Shown here: positions 8,656-16,073 of the stretch, in pieces | How the letters are laid out: each line of letters opens with the position of its first letter | Numbering within the stretch: the first letter of the stretch is position 1 | Origin: Candidatus Electrothrix sp. GW3-4 | GTDB lineage: Bacteria > Desulfobacterota > Desulfobulbia > Desulfobulbales > Desulfobulbaceae | Length of the DNA: 32,000 nucleotides | Assembly: GCF_037902255.1 (NCBI RefSeq) | Contig: NZ_CP147990.1 | Span: forward strand, 4,610,692 to 4,642,691 | Reading direction: 5' to 3' | The notes under the pieces: model-generated | Databases searched by the model: none | What the model was told of the DNA's origin: nothing | Seen by the model: the letters and a program-made list of their open reading frames with translations, nothing else | Program-made: the position numbers and the translations under genes

Positions 8656-9945
8656 ATGGGCCAGGATTCCATAGTTCTCCTCGGAGTAAATCATAAGAAA
8701 ACCCCTTTGGAAATACGTGAGAAATTGGCGCTCACTGGAGGGTACAAAGAACCACTGGAAACGTTGCGCAAGCTGGCCGGACTCAAGGAGTATTATCTCC
8801 TTTCCACCTGCAATCGGGTGGAGGTCCTGTTTATCTGTCAAGATCCAGAGCAGATGCGTCGCGAGGTGCTTGATCTGCTTTTTGCCGGTAAGGTGAGTCG
8901 AGACGAGGTAAGTGGCTGCATCTATGTTTACGAGAACGAGGAGGCAGTACGGCACCTCTTCATGGTCTCCTCCAGTTTAGACTCCATGATCGTGGGTGAG
9001 TCGCAGATTCTCGGACAGTTGAAAGAGGCCTTCCGCCACGCAGCAGAGCAGAAAACAGCAGGTTTGATTTTGAATAGGCTGCTGCACAAGTCTTTTTCTG
9101 TGGCGAAACGAGTGCGAACGGAAACCCGAATTGGGGCCAATGCGGTCTCCATTTCTTATGCCGCAGTAGAGTTAGGGCGCAAGATCTTCGGTGATCTCCG
9201 GGGTAAACGCGTTATGCTGGTCGGGGCTGGCGAGATGGCTGAACTCGCTGCCGAGCACCTCGTTGGGCAGGGGATTCAGGAGGTCGTGGTTGCTAACCGT
9301 ACCCTAGCGCGGGCCATGAAATTAGCTGCCCGTTTCAAGGGCAGGGCCGTGGGGCTGGATGAGGTGGTTGAGCAGCTTCTTGACGTGGATATTCTTATCA
9401 GTTCTACCGGAGCTGAGGGGTTGGTTCTGTATAAAAAAGATATTGCACCGCTTATGCCCCGACGACGCAACAGGCCGCTTTTCTTTATCGATATTGCCGT
9501 GCCTCGGGATCTGGATCCGGAGATCAATACCTTGGAAAATATTTATCTCTATGATATTGATGATTTGAACAATGTAGTTGAGATGAACCGTGAGCAGCGG
9601 GACAAAGAGGCGATCAAGGCCCGGCGTATTGTTGAAGAAGAAACCCTGAAGTTTCAGCGCTGGCTTGAGGGGATGGAAGTGACGCCGACCATTGTCGATC
9701 TCAGGGCGATTGCTGAATCTATTTGCCAGGCCGAACTGGCTAAAACCCTGCCCCGCCTCAACGGCATAAGTGCCAAGGAGAGAGAATCCATTGAGCGGAT
9801 GGCCTCCTCTATTGTTGGGAAAATACTCCATCATCCTATGCAGTACCTGAAAGCCGATCACGATAGCCTTGATCAATCGGAGCGAATTATGCAAGTCCGT
9901 ACCTTGTTTCAACTCAATGAACAAGGGAATCAAGCTGACGATTGA
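8656..9945 (+). CDS. hemA: Glutamyl-tRNA reductase
   Basis: Catalytic-Cys motif LSTCNRVE. NADPH-binding motif MLVGAGEMAELAAEHL. 429 aa. Confidence 0.95.
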   Translation: MGQDSIVLLGVNHKKTPLEIREKLALTGGYKEPLETLRKLAGLKEYYLLSTCNRVEVLFICQDPEQMRREVLDLLFAGKVSRDEVSGCIYVYENEEAVRHLFMVSSSLDSMIVGESQILGQLKEAFRHAAEQKTAGLILNRLLHKSFSVAKRVRTETRIGANAVSISYAAVELGRKIFGDLRGKRVMLVGAGEMAELAAEHLVGQGIQEVVVANRTLARAMKLAARFKGRAVGLDEVVEQLLDVDILISSTGAEGLVLYKKDIAPLMPRRRNRPLFFIDIAVPRDLDPEINTLENIYLYDIDDLNNVVEMNREQRDKEAIKARRIVEEETLKFQRWLEGMEVTPTIVDLRAIAESICQAELAKTLPRLNGISAKERESIERMASSIVGKILHHPMQYLKADHDSLDQSERIMQVRTLFQLNEQGNQADD

Positions 9946-9948
9946 GAC

Positions 9949-10446
9949 ATGACCGAGCAGGAACGCCGCAGTATTGTAGAAGATGAACTTTTTCTCCTTA
10001 GAGATTCGGGAGAATTGCCGGAAATAGCTTATCATTCCTCCCTCTATTATTTGACGGAAGATCAAGATGGCCCCGGACTGGTCTTGACTGAGAGCGAACA
10101 GCGCCTCTTGCAGGAGGCCGCTCTGGAGCGTTGCCAAGAGATTATCCTGCGTGATCTTATGCCGGATAATCGGGACTTGGGGATCTATCGAGGTCCACAG
10201 CGCAGTATCTCTAATTGGCAGAGGTATTGCAGGTTTTGTCAACGGATTGATCAGCGGCAGGATGAGGCGTTCAGAGAGAGCGTCGCTCAGGCCCTGGTAC
10301 GTTTTATCCGGCAGGAGGCGGCTGATGTGGAGGAAGGATGGCGGGCGAGTTCAGTTAATTGCACGAGCGAGGAGCTGTTTATCTTTGCTGAGGAGGTCGG
10401 AGTCTCACGTTCGATTCCTGACTTCGGCAGGCTTTTTTGGCGTTGA
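9949..10446 (+). CDS. Hypothetical protein (165 aa) co-transcribed with hemA
   Basis: The ATG lies 3 nt after the hemA stop. Coding-like composition. No recognisable motif apart from a CRFC pair. Confidence 0.55.
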   Translation: MTEQERRSIVEDELFLLRDSGELPEIAYHSSLYYLTEDQDGPGLVLTESEQRLLQEAALERCQEIILRDLMPDNRDLGIYRGPQRSISNWQRYCRFCQRIDQRQDEAFRESVAQALVRFIRQEAADVEEGWRASSVNCTSEELFIFAEEVGVSRSIPDFGRLFWR

Positions 10447-10574
10447 GTGTAAGCGTATTCAAGGGCAATGGAAAACAGAAAGCCGTCTGAAAAGAACTGC
10501 TGACTTTGTGCTGATAAAGAGAAACCGGGTTAGGTGCTGAGAAGGTTTCGGTAGACTGGTCGTGCAACAAAAGA

Positions 10575-10606
10575 GGGTCGCTGGCATAAGCTGGTGGCCC
10601 TTTTTT
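10575..10606 (+). terminator. Probable rho-independent terminator of the heme operon
   Basis: 10-bp stem GGGTCGCTGG / CTGGTGGCCC (6 Watson-Crick plus 4 G-U pairs), 6-nt loop, then TTTTTT (10601-10606). Confidence 0.55.
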
Positions 10607-11114
10607 AGCTTAACAATTCAACGCTTATCATCAATAACTTTTATACTCATTCTTGTTGACATGAATACACCGATAGGGCAACATTAAAAAATATATTTAT
10701 ACTACCGGCTGTAGTGGGCTCCGACATGTAAAGAGTGGTAACTTTCTTCATGAGCAGCTGTTCGAATATGCCTTGTCGTGGTCGCATCTATTCTGGATAC
10801 TGCGCATTTTTTTAGATCAAAGTCGTCTGCTGGCGAAGGTATTGCAATAGTTTTTTCTTTTCTAGAAAATGTCTGGTAAGTCGAGCATGTTCTGTCTGGA
10901 TTACTTGCTGGTATTATTTCCTTAATCATGAACTCCCGGCATGAAAAAAGTAGAAAATGAACAGGCTGTTTTTTTAAATAATAAGCAATTACATTTGAAA
11001 CAGCACTTAGAATACAGGAGTTGGGTTGCGGGCAAAGTCCGCATTAGCCTGTTATGGTTAAGTTGTTTTTTCTTGAGGAGCTTTTTGGAATATTCTGTGG
11101 GGTAAATATTACCC

Positions 11115-11148
11115 TTGACACAGGAATAATTCTTAATTACTTTAAGAA
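11115..11148 (+). promoter_or_regulatory. Candidate promoter plus inverted-repeat operator upstream of the Fur/PerR-like gene
   Basis: Perfect -35 TTGACA (11115-11120), 17-nt spacer, weak -10 TACTTT (11138-11143). It is overlapped by the 7-5-7 inverted repeat TTCTTAA-ttact-TTAAGAA (11130-11148). Confidence 0.35.
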
Positions 11149-11177
11149 AATAATAATAATTAACAGCAGGTGATCCG

Positions 11178-11834
11178 ATGAAAGATATCTTACGAATGAC
11201 CCACCAGCGTGAATTGATTCTAGAAGAGCTTGGAAATTGCCATAACCATCCTACTGCTGATGCATTGTACGAGCGAATCAAGAAGAAGTTACCGCGTATC
11301 AGCTTGGCTACTGTGTATAGGAATCTTGAGATTCTGTCCGAAGCAGGAATGATCAGGAAGTTGGAAATCAGCGGGCGTCAGAAGCGATTCGACAAGGAAA
11401 TAGAACAACACGACCATGTTTTTTGTGTACAATGTCGTCGTGTTGACGATATTAGATTTGATCAGAGTCGGTTAATCTCTTTGGAAGAAGGCCAGAGCCA
11501 AGGGTATAAAATTTCTGGCTGCCGGGTGGAATTCTTCGGCCTCTGTCCGAAATGCCAGGCCAGGAACAAGAAGAAGGTGGCGAAAAAAGATGACTGTGAC
11601 GCCGGGTGTAAGGGGGCTTGTAAAAAAAGCGTATTAAGTGTTCGGCAACGTGAGGTCCTTAAGGCCTTGGCAACATCAGATGATGTCTGTGCGAATAAAG
11701 ATATTGCCGCTGTCACCTCGTTAGAGCCTAAACAGATCAGCTGTCAGCTGACCGCGTTGAAGAAGAAAGGCTTTGTCACCAGCCCTGTTCGATGCAAGTA
11801 TGAAATAACCGAAGCTGGAAAAGCAGCATTATAG
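11178..11834 (+). CDS. Fur-family (PerR-like) metalloregulator with a C-terminal Cys-cluster linker and an additional winged-helix-like domain
   Basis: Fur fold: wHTH (ISLATVYRNLEILSEAGMI), HDHVFCVQCRR (HxHxxCxxC) and GLCPKCQ (second CxxC). An extra roughly 80 aa follow (from about nt 11586): KK-rich linker, CDAGCKGAC, then LSVRQREVLKALA...ISCQLTALKKKGFVTSPVRCKYEITEAGK. Confidence 0.85.
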   Translation: MKDILRMTHQRELILEELGNCHNHPTADALYERIKKKLPRISLATVYRNLEILSEAGMIRKLEISGRQKRFDKEIEQHDHVFCVQCRRVDDIRFDQSRLISLEEGQSQGYKISGCRVEFFGLCPKCQARNKKKVAKKDDCDAGCKGACKKSVLSVRQREVLKALATSDDVCANKDIAAVTSLEPKQISCQLTALKKKGFVTSPVRCKYEITEAGKAAL

Positions 11835-11856
11835 CAATAAAGGAGGAAATATCATC

Positions 11857-12432
11857 ATGACCGTATTGCAAGGTTCCCAGACAGAGAAGAATATCCTTAC
11901 CGCATTCGCTGGCGAATCCCAGGCCAGAAACCGCTACTCATTTGCGGCAAAAGTTGCCAAAAAGGAGGGCTTGGTGCAGATTTCCAATATCTTTGAGAAG
12001 ACGGCGGAACAGGAGCGAGCCCATGCCAAGACCCTGTTTAAGCTGCTTGAAGGTGGTGAGGTTGAAGTGCAGGCCTCTTTTCCTGCTGGAACCATAGGAA
12101 CGACCATGGAAAATCTGGAAGCAGCCGCAGCCGGAGAAGAGCATGAATATATGGAAATGTATCCTGATTTCGCCAAGGTTGCCGAGGAAGAGGGCTTCTC
12201 TCTTGTTGCCGCTACCTTCAGGGCCATTGCCAGGGCAGAGCAACAGCACGCAAAGCAGTACCGTTCTTTTATTAGTAATTTAAAGGATGGAAAGGTCTTT
12301 AAGCGTGATGAAACCGTGACCTGGTATTGTATAAAATGCGGTTTTCTGCATGAAAGCCCAGAGGCCCCCCTGAAGTGCCCGGCCTGTTCTCATCCGCAAG
12401 GGTATTTTGAGCTCCTTGCAGAAAATTGGTAA
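11857..12432 (+). CDS. rbr: Rubrerythrin
   Basis: Diiron four-helix-bundle ExxH motifs (EQERAHAKT, ARAEQQHAKQ). C-terminal rubredoxin-like CIKCG...CPACS. Strong AGGAGG RBS. Starts 22 nt after the regulator gene. Confidence 0.93.
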   Translation: MTVLQGSQTEKNILTAFAGESQARNRYSFAAKVAKKEGLVQISNIFEKTAEQERAHAKTLFKLLEGGEVEVQASFPAGTIGTTMENLEAAAAGEEHEYMEMYPDFAKVAEEEGFSLVAATFRAIARAEQQHAKQYRSFISNLKDGKVFKRDETVTWYCIKCGFLHESPEAPLKCPACSHPQGYFELLAENW

Positions 12433-12640
12433 GAGGGGCGCCGGGGTATGGAGCAGCAGGTCCTCCATGACGCCCGACCAGCTGCTAAACAATGAGTGGA
12501 GGTGTGTACTATCCTTCGTCGTTTTTTTGGTCGGGTTTTTGGTGATTACCCCTACACGGCTCATTAGGAGCGATACAGCGCAGCTTGTCTTTACAATTGT
12601 CTGTACAAGGAGGTATTGAAAAAAAATCAACGGGTTCATG

Positions 12641-12670
12641 TTGACGTATACGATAAACACTGTCTATAAT
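12641..12670 (+). promoter_or_regulatory. Probable sigma70 promoter of the peroxiredoxin gene
   Basis: TTGACG (12641-12646), 18-nt spacer, consensus TATAAT (12665-12670). Confidence 0.6.
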
Positions 12671-12676
12671 GTAGTC

Positions 12677-12697
12677 TGAATTTCTTCAAGAAGAAAT
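12677..12697. promoter_or_regulatory. Palindromic operator candidate (or 5'-UTR hairpin) just downstream of the -10 box
   Basis: Perfect 8-2-8 palindrome ATTTCTTC-aa-GAAGAAAT (12680-12697). On the bottom strand, 12677-12690 reads CTTGAAGAAATTCA, close to the box upstream of the flavodiiron gene. Confidence 0.4.
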
Positions 12698-12725
12698 ACT
12701 CATGCCAATAAAGGAGGGCGGTATA

Positions 12726-13319
12726 ATGTGCAGATTGGTTACGAAGCAGGCCCCTGGTTTTACAGCAACCGCTGTGATGGGCGACGGTTCTTTTAAAGAC
12801 GATTTCACGTTGTCCGATTATCGCGGCAAATATGTCATCCTTTTCTTTTACCCTCTCGATTTTACCTTTGTCTGTCCCTCGGAGATCATCGCCTTTGATA
12901 AGGCCTTGGCAAAATTTCACGAAAAGAACTGCGAGGTTATCGGAGTTTCCATCGATTCGCAATTCAGTCACTGGGCCTGGAGAAATACCCCGGTCAATAA
13001 TGGCGGTATCGGCGAAATTCAATATCCTCTGGTTGCAGATCTGGATAAAACGATATCTCGTCAGTACGGGGTCTTGTTGGATATGGGCGTTGCCCTGCGA
13101 GGTACCTTCCTGATTGACAAGGAAGGCGTTATCCGCCATGCCGTTGTTAATGATCTCCCCCTTGGCCGTTCTATTGAAGAGGCCCTGCGCATGGTCGATG
13201 CCTTGATCTTTCACGAAACCCATGGCGATGTCTGTCCCGCCAACTGGAAAGAGGGTGAAGATGCCATGACCCCAACAGCCGAAGGGGTTGCCGATTACCT
13301 GAGCAAAAACGCCAGCTGA
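12726..13319 (+). CDS. ahpC: Typical 2-Cys peroxiredoxin (AhpC/Prx1 type)
   Basis: Peroxidatic motif FFYPLDFTFVCPSEI and resolving-Cys motif HGDVCPANW. The ATG at 12726 lies behind an AGGAGG RBS. Confidence 0.92.
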   Translation: MCRLVTKQAPGFTATAVMGDGSFKDDFTLSDYRGKYVILFFYPLDFTFVCPSEIIAFDKALAKFHEKNCEVIGVSIDSQFSHWAWRNTPVNNGGIGEIQYPLVADLDKTISRQYGVLLDMGVALRGTFLIDKEGVIRHAVVNDLPLGRSIEEALRMVDALIFHETHGDVCPANWKEGEDAMTPTAEGVADYLSKNAS

Positions 13320-13432
13320 TTTTCTGGAAGTATCGCTGGTTCGAGGACCTGTCATATAACGAAAAGTGTCAGGCAGGAAGACTGTGCAAGCCTTTCTGTC
13401 AATCCTAAAGCGAATAGTAAAAACGGAGGATA

Positions 13433-13810
13433 ATGATGACCAAGAAGAACGAAGTCTATAAATGTCCCTTATGTGGAAACATCGTTCAGGTGCTGCATAC
13501 CGGTGCCGGTGAATTGGTATGCTGCGGTCAACCCATGGAGCTGATGACGGAAAATACCGTTGATGCAGCTCAGGAAAAACACATTCCTGTCGTTGAAAAA
13601 ACAGAGAACGGGTATACGGTCACTGTCGGCTCTGTTGCGCATCCTATGGAGGAAAAACACTGGATTGAATGGATTGAGTTGGTGACAGATACCGCTGTTT
13701 ATCGGGCAGATCTGAAGCCAGGAGATGCCCCGGAAGCTGTTTTTTGTACAGAGGCTGGTGCTGTGACTGCACGGGCCTACTGTAATTTACACGGGCTTTG
13801 GAAAGCATAA
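13433..13810 (+). CDS. dfx: Desulfoferrodoxin (2Fe superoxide reductase)
   Basis: N-terminal desulforedoxin motif [10 protein letters not shown]...LVCCGQPM. C-terminal SOR centre residues ([13 protein letters not shown] ... CNLHGLW). Confidence 0.92.
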   Translation: MMTKKNEVYKCPLCGNIVQVLHTGAGELVCCGQPMELMTENTVDAAQEKHIPVVEKTENGYTVTVGSVAHPMEEKHWIEWIELVTDTAVYRADLKPGDAPEAVFCTEAGAVTARAYCNLHGLWKA

Positions 13811-13864
13811 TCAGGAAATGCCGAATTTTCGGTAAACCGCTCAATAAACAAGAGGGATTGTTTA

Positions 13865-14023
13865 ATGGAAACATACACATGTGATGTCTGCGGCTATGAT
13901 TACAACCCAGAGGCTGGGGACCCGGACAATGATGTTGCCCCAGGTACACCTTGGGATCAGGTGCCGGAAGAGTGGATTTGTCCTGTCTGTGGGGCTGGTA
14001 AGGATGCCTTTGAGGTAGCATAA
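13865..14023 (+). CDS. rub: Rubredoxin (52 aa; shorter than anything in the ORF track)
   Basis: Manual translation: METYTCDVCGYDYNPEAGDPDNDVAPGTPWDQVPEEWICPVCGAGKDAFEVA. It has both CxxCG knuckles and conserved aromatic residues. ATG 13865, TAA 14021-14023. Confidence 0.9.
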   Translation: METYTCDVCGYDYNPEAGDPDNDVAPGTPWDQVPEEWICPVCGAGKDAFEVA

Positions 14024-14344
14024 TCCTCTTTGAGCAGACTGTTGACAGCAGAAATGGCTTGGGTGGTGAAAAAAACTGCCTAAGTCATTAAAAAAAGTTG
14101 TTGTCTTGTTCCGCCCGAGAACGCGATATTTTTTATGAAAGAAAGTGCCGTGGATAGCGTTTCCTCTGGATACGACCGATGATGGCTAAGGTAGGCGGTT
14201 GACTTGATTTTTTCGCTGTTTTCAGTAATGGCCTCTGGACGTTATCTTCTCTTTATCCCATCCTCTTTTTTATCTCGCAATTTTCAGAAAGACAAAATGA
14301 TTGGTCATGAAGGTAGGGCGTAGTAGCGTCTCAGGCCATGAAAC

Positions 14345-14359
14345 TTGAATGAAATTCAA
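14345..14359. promoter_or_regulatory. Fur/PerR-box-like near-palindrome upstream of the flavodiiron gene
   Basis: TTGAAT-gaa-ATTCAA (6-3-6, nearly 7-1-7), about 55 nt upstream of the GTG start. ATTCAA recurs at 14368 and 14391. Confidence 0.4.
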
Positions 14360-14411
14360 TAGAAATAATTCAATAAAAATATAAGCCAACATTCAACAGG
14401 AGAATTGACCA

Positions 14412-15632
14412 GTGAATCCCATTGAACTGACGAAAAATGTATACTGGGTTGGTGCCATTGATTGGATGACCAGAGATTTCCACGGCTATTCCACCGAACG
14501 CGGTACCACCTATAATGCCTATCTGATCGTCGATGAAAAGATTACCCTGATTGATACGGTCAAAGAGGGCTACCGTCGTGAATTGATGCACCGTATCCGC
14601 AATATTATTGATCCGAAAAAGATTGATTATATGGTTGTTAACCATGTGGAGATGGATCATTCCGGTGTCCTGCCTGAGGTGATTCGGGAGATTGAACCAG
14701 AAAAGGTTATCTGCTCCAAGATGGGGCATAAGGCCCTGATGAAGCATTTTCATGAAGCCGATTGGCCCTACCATGTCGTCACCCCTGGAGAAGAGCTGAG
14801 CCTGGGCGAGAAGACCCTGAACTTCGTTGAAACCCGGATGCTGCACTGGCCAGACTCTATGTTCACCTACATAAAGGAGGATCAGATCCTCTTTTCCAGT
14901 GATGCCTTTGGCGAGCATCTCGCCACCAGTGAGCGCTTTGACGACGAGGTCAATCAGGATGTCCTTATGTATGAGGCAACCAAGTATTATGCCAATATCC
15001 TGACCCTCTATTCTCCTCTTGTCAAAAAACTCATTAAGCAAGTAGAGGATATGCACCTGCCGATCAAAATGATTGCACCGGATCATGGTATCATCTGGCG
15101 GAAGAATCCGGGGAAGATCCTGGAGGCCTACTCACGCTGGTGCGTGAACGAGGGCAACGGTAAGGCCTTGATCATCTATGACAGCATGTGGCATTCTACT
15201 GAGATGATGGCGAAATCCATTGCCGCAGGTCTTCTGGATAAGGGGGTTAACTATAAGCTTTTGAATCTTCAGGTGAACCACCGCAGTAATGTTATGTGCG
15301 ATGTCCTTGAGGCCAGTGCTATTATTCTTGGCTGCCCGACCCTGAACAACGGTATGCTGCCAAGGATGGCAGGCTTCCTGATGTACATGCGTGGTCTGCG
15401 ACCGACCAATAAAATAGGGGCTGCCTTTGGCTCCTTTGGCTGGTCTGGCGAGGCAGTGAAGTTAATGAACACGGCTATGACGGAAATGCACTTCACCTTG
15501 GTGCATAAGGGATTAAAGGTGCAGTATGTTCCTGAGCACGGACATCTGCAGGAATGTGTGGAGCTTGGTCATACCGTGGGCCAGGCCCTGCTTGATATTC
15601 AGGAAGGAAAAGAGGTAGAAGCTGTCATCTGA
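14412..15632 (+). CDS. Class A flavodiiron protein (rubredoxin:oxygen oxidoreductase / FprA type)
   Basis: Metallo-beta-lactamase-like diiron motif VNHVEMDHSG, plus a C-terminal flavodoxin-like domain (ALIIYDSMWHSTEMMA). GTG start behind AGGAG. Confidence 0.92.
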   Translation: MNPIELTKNVYWVGAIDWMTRDFHGYSTERGTTYNAYLIVDEKITLIDTVKEGYRRELMHRIRNIIDPKKIDYMVVNHVEMDHSGVLPEVIREIEPEKVICSKMGHKALMKHFHEADWPYHVVTPGEELSLGEKTLNFVETRMLHWPDSMFTYIKEDQILFSSDAFGEHLATSERFDDEVNQDVLMYEATKYYANILTLYSPLVKKLIKQVEDMHLPIKMIAPDHGIIWRKNPGKILEAYSRWCVNEGNGKALIIYDSMWHSTEMMAKSIAAGLLDKGVNYKLLNLQVNHRSNVMCDVLEASAIILGCPTLNNGMLPRMAGFLMYMRGLRPTNKIGAAFGSFGWSGEAVKLMNTAMTEMHFTLVHKGLKVQYVPEHGHLQECVELGHTVGQALLDIQEGKEVEAVI

Positions 15633-15673
15633 TCATCCCGACTTTATACCCACCAGCAAACAGGAGAAACCGA

Positions 15674-15997
15674 ATGAAGATTGCAATAGATAAGAATATT
15701 GTTGAGTTCACGATGGAAAATCCGCAGGAAACTGCTGATATGGAGGTTCTTTGGCGCCTGTTAGTGGATTGCGTGGCTGAGAATAAACGGATGGAGCCCA
15801 TTGGTGAATATATCCCGGTCAAGAGTAATGTGGCCCGGTTCATCATTGAGGGTGTTTCTGCAAAAACAGTGTACACCGACGAGCACGTCCAGGATGAATG
15901 CACGGTGGTGTGCAGGATCTGCAATAAGTACGCTCATCTCAAGTCCGGTGATTCGGTGCCGGTCTGCTGCGGTAAGCCGATGGAAGAGGTGGATTGA
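15674..15997 (+). CDS. Hypothetical protein with a C-terminal desulforedoxin-like Cys4 motif
   Basis: AGGAG RBS. The C-terminus VVCRICNKYAHLKSGDSVPVCCGKPMEEVD parallels the Dfx N-terminus in this window ([29 protein letters not shown]). The N-terminal roughly 75 aa are unrecognised. Confidence 0.65.
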   Translation: MKIAIDKNIVEFTMENPQETADMEVLWRLLVDCVAENKRMEPIGEYIPVKSNVARFIIEGVSAKTVYTDEHVQDECTVVCRICNKYAHLKSGDSVPVCCGKPMEEVD

Positions 15998-16013
15998 AAA
16001 CCTGTTTCGCGTA

Positions 16014-16044
16014 GATTACCCGGCCTTGAAAAGATCGGGTAATC
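16014..16044. terminator. Hairpin between convergent genes (possible bidirectional terminator)
   Basis: Perfect 9-bp stem GATTACCCG (16014-16022) / CGGGTAATC (16036-16044), 13-nt loop. There is no adjacent T-run, so its function is uncertain. Confidence 0.45.
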
Positions 16045-16073
16045 CATGCGGGGCAGCTTTTGGGAGCGCTGTT

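Noticed and set aside
9322-10242. 306-aa ORF on the minus strand
   Set aside because: It is entirely antisense to the well-supported hemA and following genes and has no recognisable motifs. Long antisense ORFs are a common codon-bias artefact. The same reasoning applies to 12636..13355 (antisense to ahpC), 14370..15086 (antisense to the flavodiiron gene), 27034..28155 (antisense to the M16 peptidase), 19729..20367 and 22667..23413 (antisense to the DUF1566 genes and rsmE), and 16800..17384 (antisense to the TPR gene).
10702-11281. ORFs of 75 aa (10702..10929) and 119 aa (10922..11281) on the minus strand, plus a 21-aa Cys-rich mini-ORF on the plus strand (10750..10815)
   Set aside because: They lie in an AT-rich 730-bp intergenic region. 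The 119-aa ORF overlaps the perR-like promoter and start. Ribosome-binding sites are poor, and the compositions are not protein-like. There is not enough evidence to call any of them.
12433-12480. Compound hairpin after rubrerythrin (GGGGCG...ATGGAG-n9-CTCCAT...CGCCC)
   Set aside because: It is plausible RNA structure but has no U-tract, so I cannot support calling it a terminator from sequence alone.
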